A stretch of DNA of 50,169 nt from NCBI GenBank assembly GCA_016210545.1, contig JACQTY010000166.1:1-50169 (forward strand). Direction: 5' to 3'. Position numbers and translations under genes: made by a program. The notes below the pieces were generated by a model. The model was not told the DNA's origin. It made no database searches and saw nothing but the letters and a program-made list of their open reading frames with translations. Origin of the DNA: Chloroflexota bacterium. GTDB lineage: Bacteria; Chloroflexota; Dehalococcoidia; JACVQG01. Positions 7,678 to 16,183 of the stretch are shown here, in pieces. Every line of letters starts with the position of its first letter. Positions within the stretch are counted from its first letter, which is position 1.

Positions 7678-10074
7678 ATGGATAAGTCACACGGCCGCGA
7701 GATAACGCGGGCCACGCAAGCGATGTTGGCCGTTGCCTTCGCGTTGGTCATGGTGGTATCCTTTTTTTTACCCGCAGGACACGCTCTGGCTGACCAGCCA
7801 GTTTCGGTTGCCAACGACCTTGGGGCGCGGGGTACCGTGCTTATTACTTCCCTGGCTGACGGGCAGACCTGGCCTGCAACTGGAATGAAGATCCCGGTAA
7901 ACGTCTTCTATACGATTGATGGTTACGGAACGCACGGCTCTGGTGAGTATTGGGAGGTCTCAGTTATCGGCAATCTTGGGGACAGTCCCCTATGGTCGGA
8001 TAAGAAGCGGGTTAGCGGCAGCCAGGGTGAGGTTTCTTTTACTATAGACCTGTCCAGATACGGCTCCGAAATAGCCCCTGGCCAGTTTACAGTTAAAGCG
8101 AACCTGTATGCCAACTTTGGCGGCGCAGGCTCATTCCCCAGAACAGTCGCGATGCACAGGATATCGCTCAATATCGTTTCTGGCTCTAAGCCGTCATCAG
8201 GCGGCGCTATCCCGGGAAAGCCGCCGGGGGGATTACCAGGCGGCGCCAACCCGGTGACGCGGCCGCCGCCAAATTCCGGTAATTCGGACTCTGATGGCGC
8301 CAGCCCCATCGTCCCCATCGCCGTCGCAGCGGGTGGGGCCGCGGCCGCCGGGCTTGTCGTCAAGAAAATAATCGATAGGGTGAGGAAGCCAAAGAAACGG
8401 AATAAGCTCCGCTCTAAGGAAGACGAAATTCAAGTTGCCGGGAGTACTGAAGAAGCCGAAGGAAGGCAGAAAACACAACGAATTCAAGATGCTGCCCGGA
8501 AAATTGATGAGGCCGACAGGAGGCAGGAAACAATTGAAGCCTTGCGCAGCACTGACAAGGGGGCGCTCAAGGACCGGGAACAGCTCGACCGGCTGAATAA
8601 GATCAGGAATGCCGTCGCCGATGATATCAGGCTGAGCGAATTTGTGAACGACGCCCATAAGAGCATTGTGGATGGCCACGGCCATGTGGATAAAGAAAAG
8701 CTGGACAAGCTCGAAGGCTTGCTGAAACGGTGGATAGTCAGGGACAAGTTAAAAGTTCATATGCCCGACTACACCACATCCGATGCTTTCTACGATACCG
8801 TCCGGCAGGGTTCCGGGAACATCGTCATAAGAGGGGGCGCCGCCTATCTCAGCGCCGGCTACTCCGAGATGGCGCTGAATCCCATCTCCGCTCTCTCGAC
8901 GATGAGACAGGGAATCATGGATGGCAAATCCAGTCTGAGAGCGGTGGCCGAGGGTTTTGCCCAGTCCTCCTTCGAACTGGCGCTGGGCGAAAGCGGCCGC
9001 CTGTTCAAATACGCCGAGCCTTACCTCGAAAAGATAAGGGAAAGCCGCAATCTCGCCAAACTGGCCGATGCCAGCCCGGACCTGGCTTCCGAAGTGTCCA
9101 CCATCAACCAGTTGGCCAGACAGTCTGACGACCTGGGGAAGTACAGCCGGGACGCCTTCATTAAAAGAACGGATGTGGTACAGTTGGGCAAGACTGCCCC
9201 GGCCAGGCTGGATGACCTGGAGAGGGCGGCCTTGAACCTTAATAACAATCCGGAATTCAGGCAACTGCTTTCCAAGAACCCGGACCTGGTCCCGGGCAGG
9301 GTCAAGGACATCATGGGTTCGGCCAGGCAGAAAGCCTATCAGCAGGCCAGAGACAATGCCATCGGCGATGTCATTAACCAGATGAGCAAAGATGGCGTCC
9401 CGGTAGGCGACAACCCATTTTTTATCAATCAGACCGGCACTCATGCCCGCCCCGGGAACCCCGGCTGGAATCCCGTGAAGAGCGATTTCGACCACACGGT
9501 CAACTTCGGCGAGAAGTACAACAAGTTGTACGAGCAGCGATTGAATACCCATCTGGAAAGCCAGGGGACCTCGGCGTCGGCGCTTGATGTCAACGTGTAC
9601 GGTCCGGGTACCAGCGCACGGGGATCGTATACCGGCGGCGCCACCAAGATCGTCGAGAACTATAACCAGACGACGGGAAGCGATGTTATGATCCGAATCA
9701 GGGACGGCGTACCCACCATCAGCCGGGAAACGCCGCAGACATCCACCTCGCTGCTCTCCACCGTGAAACCGGCAGATTTGCCCAGCGCCAGGTCCAATCT
9801 CCAGAGCTTCTTCGGGAAGAGCCTGGATAAGGGCGGCTCGGTGGAAAACATGTTACAGAATTCCTCCAAGGAGGTCTCGCGCATGAGTGCGCTGGACCGT
9901 GTAGCGTACTTCCAAAAGACGGGGAGAACGGATTACGTGGCGCCTGAAGCCGTCCAGGTGGCCCACATGGTCAAGAACTGGGGGCTGTCCGTTGATGACG
10001 CCATTCATGAGGCGGGGTACAGCGGCAGCAAGATGCAGCTTCTCAGTGATTATAAGAAGTATATGGGGTTGTAA
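7678..10074 (+). CDS. Large single-pass membrane protein: signal peptide, beta-rich ectodomain, TM, helical region, putative nucleotidyltransferase-like C-terminal domain
   Basis: 800-codon ORF with GGAGAGG RBS; signal peptide ending ALA-D; Pro/Gly linker; TM IVPIAVAAGGAAAAGLVV-KK; QTGT..SDFDH..DVNVY. Confidence 0.7.
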   Translation: MDKSHGREITRATQAMLAVAFALVMVVSFFLPAGHALADQPVSVANDLGARGTVLITSLADGQTWPATGMKIPVNVFYTIDGYGTHGSGEYWEVSVIGNLGDSPLWSDKKRVSGSQGEVSFTIDLSRYGSEIAPGQFTVKANLYANFGGAGSFPRTVAMHRISLNIVSGSKPSSGGAIPGKPPGGLPGGANPVTRPPPNSGNSDSDGASPIVPIAVAAGGAAAAGLVVKKIIDRVRKPKKRNKLRSKEDEIQVAGSTEEAEGRQKTQRIQDAARKIDEADRRQETIEALRSTDKGALKDREQLDRLNKIRNAVADDIRLSEFVNDAHKSIVDGHGHVDKEKLDKLEGLLKRWIVRDKLKVHMPDYTTSDAFYDTVRQGSGNIVIRGGAAYLSAGYSEMALNPISALSTMRQGIMDGKSSLRAVAEGFAQSSFELALGESGRLFKYAEPYLEKIRESRNLAKLADASPDLASEVSTINQLARQSDDLGKYSRDAFIKRTDVVQLGKTAPARLDDLERAALNLNNNPEFRQLLSKNPDLVPGRVKDIMGSARQKAYQQARDNAIGDVINQMSKDGVPVGDNPFFINQTGTHARPGNPGWNPVKSDFDHTVNFGEKYNKLYEQRLNTHLESQGTSASALDVNVYGPGTSARGSYTGGATKIVENYNQTTGSDVMIRIRDGVPTISRETPQTSTSLLSTVKPADLPSARSNLQSFFGKSLDKGGSVENMLQNSSKEVSRMSALDRVAYFQKTGRTDYVAPEAVQVAHMVKNWGLSVDDAIHEAGYSGSKMQLLSDYKKYMGL

Positions 10075-10075
10075 T

Positions 10076-11269
10076 ATGGAAAATTCGCGCCCCCCCGGGG
10101 TCACCGCGGCGGCCATCTCCGATGGCGAGCTATCCGCGCTGTTGAGCTTGTCCGGAATAACGCCGGAGAAGGCGTCGCCGCTGGCGCAAATCAGCAGCCA
10201 GCCCGCAGCGCCCGATGCGGTCCGCAAGTTGCAACAATCCGGCCTCATGGACGCCGGCAGCCGGCCTACCCCGGGATGTCAGGAGTGTCTCAGGATCCTG
10301 GCCAGCCCGGGCGTTGAGATGGACCTGGTCTGGGGTAATGCGGAAGGCGTTAGCCTCAGCAAGGTATATGCCGCCGGTGAGAACAGCAAATTGGTCTCTT
10401 TCACCAGGATTGACGGCAGCAATCACCTGTCTTATTTCCTGTCTCCGCAGGACATCACCGACCTGATTGTGGAGAAGACGGCGGGGCCTTCAATTCGGGA
10501 AGCTGTAGACCTTTCGATAGAGACCAGTGTAGAGGCCATGCCGGTCTTCTTTGCCTTGCTTGACTCATGCCGGGAGTCACAGCTCAGAACGGCCCTGGAG
10601 CGGAGGCGGGAAGCCGAAGTGACGGTAACCGCCGATGACGCAAATCGCATTACGCAAACGGCCAAAGTGGAGCTCGACATGAGCTGGTACGCTCCGGTTG
10701 CCTACGTGGCGGTACCAATGGACACGCCGATAACTGGGAACAGCATCGCTGAAGGTATAAAAACCCTGAACCGGGAAGGAATTATTGGCGCAAACGGCGT
10801 CTTGAATGCGCGCCTGGTTTCCTTTGCCCGGGCCGCTTTCCCATTGGTTTCATTTGTGGGCGTAAGGGTAGTAAGAAGAAGCTCCGCCTCCCTTGAGAAG
10901 ACACAGTTGGCTCTCTTCCGGGGCTTCTCGACACTGCTGCTGGTACAGATGTCTTCGGACGGCGCTGCGAAACAGGTCCTCATAAACTCGATATCTACTT
11001 CGCAATTGCCGGAGCTGCTTTTTAGCCTGGCTACACGCCCGTTTGAAGTTGAGGCTCTGAAGCCCGCTCCACAGACGCAAGCGGCAACATCGGGGCCCGG
11101 CCTTGTGTGCGCCAAGTGTGGCGCCCCGAGCCCGGGTGGCGCAGGGTTCTGCGTAAAGTGCGGAGCGCCGCTTCCGCTGCCATCAACTGCCAATTTCTGC
11201 CGCAAGTGCGGCCGTCCGGTGACAACCGGGGCGAAGTTCTGCAATAAATGCGGCGCCCGGTTAGATTAG
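10076..11269 (+). CDS. Hypothetical protein with C-terminal double zinc ribbon; N-terminal region EspG-like
   Basis: Starts 1 nt after the previous stop; four C-terminal CxxCG motifs; N-terminal LQQSGLMD..LRILASP pattern. Confidence 0.75.
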   Translation: MENSRPPGVTAAAISDGELSALLSLSGITPEKASPLAQISSQPAAPDAVRKLQQSGLMDAGSRPTPGCQECLRILASPGVEMDLVWGNAEGVSLSKVYAAGENSKLVSFTRIDGSNHLSYFLSPQDITDLIVEKTAGPSIREAVDLSIETSVEAMPVFFALLDSCRESQLRTALERRREAEVTVTADDANRITQTAKVELDMSWYAPVAYVAVPMDTPITGNSIAEGIKTLNREGIIGANGVLNARLVSFARAAFPLVSFVGVRVVRRSSASLEKTQLALFRGFSTLLLVQMSSDGAAKQVLINSISTSQLPELLFSLATRPFEVEALKPAPQTQAATSGPGLVCAKCGAPSPGGAGFCVKCGAPLPLPSTANFCRKCGRPVTTGAKFCNKCGARLD

Positions 11270-11883
11270 ACTTCGCGGAGGCTCTGGTAAGTGGCGTGTG
11301 ATTTCCGGACCACCGGCACGAATTCCCAACCGTTGTCTTCAACCGCTTGCTTGATCGGGTCACGGACATAGCCGACATCAAACTTGTATTCGTAAATCTT
11401 GCCCGGCTTCAGATTCTCCTTCAGGCCGTACTGCACCCCCCAGGACTTCTGGAAAAGGATCCTGCCCCGGAAGAACTGACGCTGATAGGCTAGCGTCGGC
11501 GTCGGATGCCCGTCAGTGCCGGCCAACCATTGCACCGTGACTAGCTCCTCACAATAGCGGGCGGCCCGGCGTGACTCATCCAGAACGATGAAAGCGCGGT
11601 AGATCTTGCTCAGGCGTTCCCTGGCGAATACGGCAAACCACTTTGCGTCGACAATCTTCCATTCCACCAGCAGATCCGTCTCGCTCGTTGGCTTTATTTC
11701 ATACGGCAGCTCGGGCGAGTTCAGGCCAAGCAGCCGCTGTTTCAGGCTATCCTTACCTGTAAAGATGTCGGTCTTGCTCTTCCTCCCCCCAAGGTACTCT
11801 CCAATACCCAGAGCAAGGAACATGGCCCACACGCCAATTACGGCGCCGAGCACTCCAGCAGCCGCGCCAATCAGAACGAGCAT
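11266..11883 (-). CDS. Hypothetical membrane-anchored protein
   Basis: GGGGAGG RBS, N-terminal TM helix, C-terminal PIKQAVEDNGWEF; converges on the zinc-ribbon cluster. Confidence 0.75.
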   Translation of the reverse strand: MLVLIGAAAGVLGAVIGVWAMFLALGIGEYLGGRKSKTDIFTGKDSLKQRLLGLNSPELPYEIKPTSETDLLVEWKIVDAKWFAVFARERLSKIYRAFIVLDESRRAARYCEELVTVQWLAGTDGHPTPTLAYQRQFFRGRILFQKSWGVQYGLKENLKPGKIYEYKFDVGYVRDPIKQAVEDNGWEFVPVVRKSHATYQSLREV

Positions 11884-12179
11884 TACGGCCTCCCCACCAT
11901 AGGCATGGACTTGTACCACTTTCGTGCGCCAGCAGCGCCGCAAATCCGGCCGGGTGCACAGTATCGAGTGGCGCAACCCACAAAAGCCTCCTCACATTCT
12001 GTCAAAGACCATCATCGGGATTTACGTAAAGGGGGGTCCATGGGGTTCCCTTCGCAGCACATCTCCACGAGCGAGCAACGCCGGCGGGACTGACAAGTCA
12101 CAAACTTTCGTCCCCTACGCCGATCAAGCGCCCCCCGATACATCGCGGCGAGTTCCCCAGGAGCTTGGTTCTCAATGTT

Positions 12180-12869
12180 TTAGAAAGGCACCACCACGTG
12201 ATAGAACGCCTCCGCCAGCGGTATGCCCTTCTCTTTGCCCCAATCGGCCGCCCGCTGCCTGGCCCGCTGTTCGACATCGAGTCCGGGATGGTTCTTGATC
12301 TGGCTCAGATGGCACCTTATGGCCCGGACTTTTTGTCCAAACGTAGATGTTATGTCAACATACAGGTTAGGCTCGTCGGCAGCCCAAAAATAGATATCCT
12401 CCACCTTGTGGGGCTTCAGCCCGGCGGCCTCATGCTCTGGATAGGAAAGCCGGTCACGGGCATAGGGGAAGATGGCATCCAGGGCGACTCTGCCGGTGAT
12501 GCGATGGTCGCGGTGCCAGACGTATTTGCGGTAGGGGTCGGCGGTGGCTACTGCTTTGGGCCGGTAATACCGGATGAGCCGCACCAGGTCACCGCGGAAC
12601 TGGGGGGTGTCCTCCAGGCCGCCGTCGGGGTAGTCCAGAAACACCACTTCTTTCACCCCCAAAACGTCAGCGGCAGCCTGCTGCTCTTTGCGGCGGACCT
12701 CGGCCAGCCTCTCTGAGGTCATCTTCGGGTCGGTGGTACCCTTGTCCCCGTTGGTACATATAGCATAGAAGACCTCTTTGCCTTCGGAGACCCATTTGGC
12801 GATGGCGCCGCCGGCGCCGAACTCGGCATCATCGGGATGGGGACAAATTGCCAGAATTCTTTCACTCAT
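12180..12869 (-). CDS. PIG-L family deacetylase (MshB/BshB/LmbE-like)
   Basis: PHPDDAEFGAGG, TNGDKG, RRKEQQAAADVLGV, HRDH, AEAF. Confidence 0.92.
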   Translation of the reverse strand: MSERILAICPHPDDAEFGAGGAIAKWVSEGKEVFYAICTNGDKGTTDPKMTSERLAEVRRKEQQAAADVLGVKEVVFLDYPDGGLEDTPQFRGDLVRLIRYYRPKAVATADPYRKYVWHRDHRITGRVALDAIFPYARDRLSYPEHEAAGLKPHKVEDIYFWAADEPNLYVDITSTFGQKVRAIRCHLSQIKNHPGLDVEQRARQRAADWGKEKGIPLAEAFYHVVVPF

Positions 12870-12922
12870 AGTTGCTCCGAAAATGGCGTTCTCCTATTCC
12901 CGCGCGGCGAAAGAGGGCGTCC

Positions 12923-13170
12923 CGTAGGGGCACGATGCATCGCGCCCCCTTCTACGGTGACGGGCACGGCATCGCCGTGCCCCTACGCACGTCACACATT
13001 TTCATTCTTGATGGCGCCCCTGTGGGGGAGCATGTGCGATTCCCCAGAAAGCAGAACGCCCTCGGACGGGCGAGGGCGATTCGTGAATCGCCCCTACGGG
13101 AATCCTCCGTTCAGATGCGCGGGGCGCTTCTGAACACCCCCTTTATTAAAGGGGGCAGGGGGGATTCGCG
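12923..13170. repeat. Cluster of REP-like (GTAG-type) palindromes
   Basis: GTAGGGGCACGATGCATCGCGCCCC, GGGCACGGCATCGCCGTGCCCCTAC, GGGCGATTCGTGAATCGCCCCTAC and CCCCCTTTATTAAAGGGGG. Confidence 0.75.
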
Positions 13171-13178
13171 CCCCGCAT

Positions 13179-13760
13179 TCAGCCCCTGGAAGCGGCCCTC
13201 GACAACAGATCCTTCAGTTCCTTGACCGTCTCCTGTCGCCAGGCATCGGCCATGGGCGCGTTGCGCTTGCGCCGCTCCTGGCGCATCTCATCATCGCTCA
13301 GCTTCTTCTTCGACAACTCGGCGGCTATCTCTTCCATAAACTTGGCAGCGACCGCCGGGCGCTCGATCCAGTGGCACAGGGGCTTAAGGTCCTTGTCGAA
13401 GAAGGCTAACACTGGTATCGACTGGAACTTGCCCTGGTTGAGATACAGATTGATGATGTCGGGGTTCTTGTCCCGGTAGAAGACGCGAAGCTCCATGCCG
13501 CTGGCCCGGGCGATCTTGGCGATGACGGCCAGGCCGCGGTGGGCATCGGGGCACCAGTCCTCAACGATGGCGAGCACCTTCACGCCGCCCAACTTCTTCA
13601 CGACGTCCTTGAAGGACCCGCCGTCGGCGTCCGATAGCTTGAAGACGGCCTCGTGCTGTTGGACCAGCTCCCGGTTAGAGGACATCTGGGCCAGGTAGCT
13701 CTCGTAGGTGAACCCCTGCGAGAACCGCTGAGAAGTGATGACCTTTGATGTGTCTGGCAT
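13179..13760 (-). CDS. Thioredoxin-family protein (Thioredoxin_9-like, monothiol WCPDA)
   Basis: EDWCPDA, RDKNPD, QSIPV cis-Pro motif, WIERP; AGGAG RBS. Confidence 0.85.
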   Translation of the reverse strand: MPDTSKVITSQRFSQGFTYESYLAQMSSNRELVQQHEAVFKLSDADGGSFKDVVKKLGGVKVLAIVEDWCPDAHRGLAVIAKIARASGMELRVFYRDKNPDIINLYLNQGKFQSIPVLAFFDKDLKPLCHWIERPAVAAKFMEEIAAELSKKKLSDDEMRQERRKRNAPMADAWRQETVKELKDLLSRAASRG

Positions 13761-13823
13761 AGCTTACTCCTTCTTTGAGAAATGGGAAGTGAGAGGCGAG
13801 AAGTGGGACCCAGACTCACACTC

Positions 13824-14111
13824 TCATATCCCGCTTTTCCCCACAATCAGATTGCAGAAGCACGTCCCCATCATATCGACCAGCCCGTTGCGCACCGGCT
13901 GGCAGACGCACACCGTCTCGGGAAGCCGCTGCGGCTGGCAGGTGCAATAGAAGTCGCCGGTCAGCTTCTTCATGTTGACGATGTCGCGCAGGATGCTCTC
14001 GGCCTGCGGCGACAGGTCGTAGCCGGCCTCGGCGCAGAAGGCCGTCACCCTCTGCCGGAGTCGTTCCAGGTCTCGGTCTTGAGTCAGGTTGACTGCCCTG
14101 CTCTTGCGCAA
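13824..14111 (-). CDS. Ferredoxin:thioredoxin reductase catalytic-subunit-like protein
   Basis: Three CxC motifs (YCTC, VCVC, TCFC-NL) with FTR-c spacing; adjacent to a thioredoxin. Confidence 0.75.
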   Translation of the reverse strand: MRKSRAVNLTQDRDLERLRQRVTAFCAEAGYDLSPQAESILRDIVNMKKLTGDFYCTCQPQRLPETVCVCQPVRNGLVDMMGTCFCNLIVGKSGI

Positions 14112-14136
14112 GTTTGTGCGGCCCCCTTATAGGCGG

Positions 14137-14249
14137 ATTATAGGGACGAAAGGGAGGAAAAGTCAACTGCCTGACCAAGCCCCCGGATGGGTAGCATCGC
14201 CAAACGGTGGGCACAGGCGCTTGACACGGCATATAGAATAGGCTAATCT
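14137..14249. promoter_or_regulatory. Divergent sigma70-type promoters (FTR operon and cupin)
   Basis: Minus strand TTGACT-18-TATAAT (14166-14137); plus strand TTGACA-17-TAATCT (14221-14249). Confidence 0.65.
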
Positions 14250-14423
14250 GCGTCCGACTTGAGCGTGGGCGGGGTCGGTGATGTTGGCGCCCCCTGGCAA
14301 GGTGCAGACCACGCTCAAGGCAAGCAAGGCGCAGTCTGGCGGACGCCAACGTCAAACAGTCTTGGAATGTTCCATCGGGACGCCCAGCGCCATCGAAATA
14401 TTGGGAGAAGGGAAGCCATCACC

Positions 14424-14954
14424 ATGGAAAGAGTACTGGAAAGGGGCAAAGAGCCCGAGCCCGAGCAGTCCATCTACGATAAGATCTACAACCAGCGGGC
14501 GGAGTTCCGCCGGCTGCGGGAGCAAGGCAAGGTAGTCATAAAGGGCAAAGACCTGCAGTGGCGGCAGGACCGCCAGGCCCTCTCACGGTATTACTCCTAC
14601 TATGAGCTCTGGCCGGAACTGGCGGCGCCTTTCTGGATACTATTCCAGATCCGTGTCTTCAAGCAGTCCGGGAAGCACACTCACCAGGGAGGACTGGCCC
14701 TATTTGTCCTCGACGGGAAAGGCTATTCGATAGTAGATGGGGTACGATACGACTGGGAGGCCGGCGACCTGGTGATACTGCCCGTCAAACCCGGGGGCTG
14801 CGAGCACCAGCACTTTAACGCCGACCCCGACAGGCCAGCCGAATGGCAAGCCTTCATCTTCGATATCCATTCCGCCTCCATGGGACATCCGCTGGAGCAA
14901 AAGGAAGAGGTGAAGGACTGGCAGAAAGGTCCGAATGTGGGCCACCGGGCGTAG
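14424..14954 (+). CDS. Cupin domain protein (gentisate dioxygenase-like cupin)
   Basis: SGKHTHQG..VLDGKGYS..DWEAGD..EHQHFN metal-binding motifs. Confidence 0.85.
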   Translation: MERVLERGKEPEPEQSIYDKIYNQRAEFRRLREQGKVVIKGKDLQWRQDRQALSRYYSYYELWPELAAPFWILFQIRVFKQSGKHTHQGGLALFVLDGKGYSIVDGVRYDWEAGDLVILPVKPGGCEHQHFNADPDRPAEWQAFIFDIHSASMGHPLEQKEEVKDWQKGPNVGHRA

Positions 14955-15230
14955 GGCACGGGGGCCAAAGCTGCCTGCGGCCGGTCACTTGGGCAGGCGG
15001 CCATACCCCTGCCGGGGGCGTCACGACCTCGTTAGTTGCGACTTGGCAACGGGTGCCGGACGGATTCTGCCGACGGTCCGAGGGCTGGACACCAGCGGCG
15101 TCAATCGGGGACTCTCCGCGGCTTTGCCTCCTCATTGCGCCGCCGCCACAATCAAATGCGACCGGAAGAAATCGCGCGGGCAGTCTGCGACCTGCGCATG
15201 GCAGTCCTCAACGGTAGTCATGCGTACCTG

Positions 15231-16183
15231 GCCACGAAAGAACACAAAGAACGCAGAGGTAATATCCTCAAATAGGAGCGGTCACGTTCTCTGCGCACCT
15301 TGCGTTCCCTGGCGGCTCATGACATATTTCTTGATTTCGAACTTGTAGCTTCCAAAGTTTATCAACAGCCCATCCTCAATCCGTGCCGATCGCAGGTAGC
15401 CCAGGATTTGCGCCGTGTGCTCGTCGGCCAGCGCACGGCACGCCTTCAACTCCACGATCAAGCACGCCTCCACGATGAGATCGGCGAAAAACTCGCCGAT
15501 TAATGTGCTGTCCTCGTCGTAGACTGTGAGCGGCTGTTGCTGCGTCACCTCGATGCCGGCCTTCCGCAGCCGGTGGGCCAGTGCATTCTCGTACACCTTC
15601 TCCATGTGCCCATGCCCATGATAAACATGGATAGCGTACGCTATGTCCCGCACCAGGTCGCAGAGTTCGTTAATCGTCTTCATCGCTGGTAGCGGGTGCT
15701 CCATCGCGGCCTATCAAGTATCTCCTGATATGGATTTGGCCGCCAAAGAGCACAAAGAAGGCAGAGTAACTGACCTTTCAATCCGCTCGGCGCAAACTTA
15801 GCCTGTATTCTCAATTCATCCCTCTCCATAGTTTCCGGTATTCGCGCCCGGATAACCCACCTCTGCTGTCCCAGAAGTCTAGCCGAAAACCCCTTTTTGA
15901 CGTGATTTAGGCTCCAAAATCGTATCCGCGACGGGGCGAAATTTCGGCCATTTTGGACTTTTCGGCTGCGTCTCTAGTCTCTCTATCGTGCTCTTTGCGT
16001 TCTCTCGCGGCTAAATAGAATCGGCTACCAAACACCACAAAGAACATGATAACGCACTTCTTAATCAGCGCGGGCTAAACCCACCCGGTACTCTCCGTTC
16101 CTTACCTTCTATGGGGCCCCACATTCGCCCCCACATACCCCCACCCCTCCTCATCTATCGTGCTCTTTGCGTTCTCTCGCGGC
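15231..16183. repeat. 9-nt-periodic repeats flanking GxxExxY, including a 30-bp exact direct repeat
   Basis: GCCACGAAAGAACACAAAGAACGCAGAG (15231), an inverse copy at 15289-15316, another at 15739-15766; TCTATCGTGCTCTTTGCGTTCTCTCGCGGC at 15982 and 16154. Confidence 0.8.
15282..15704 (-). CDS. GxxExxY protein (PD-(D/E)xK-like)
   Basis: GHMEKVYE, FADLIVE, IVELKA, AQILGYL, GLLINFG; alternative start at 15683. Confidence 0.92.
   Translation of the reverse strand: MEHPLPAMKTINELCDLVRDIAYAIHVYHGHGHMEKVYENALAHRLRKAGIEVTQQQPLTVYDEDSTLIGEFFADLIVEACLIVELKACRALADEHTAQILGYLRSARIEDGLLINFGSYKFEIKKYVMSRQGTQGAQRT

Noticed and set aside
15231-16183. CRISPR array
   Set aside because: The repeats are degenerate, partly inverted and irregularly spaced; no cas genes are present.
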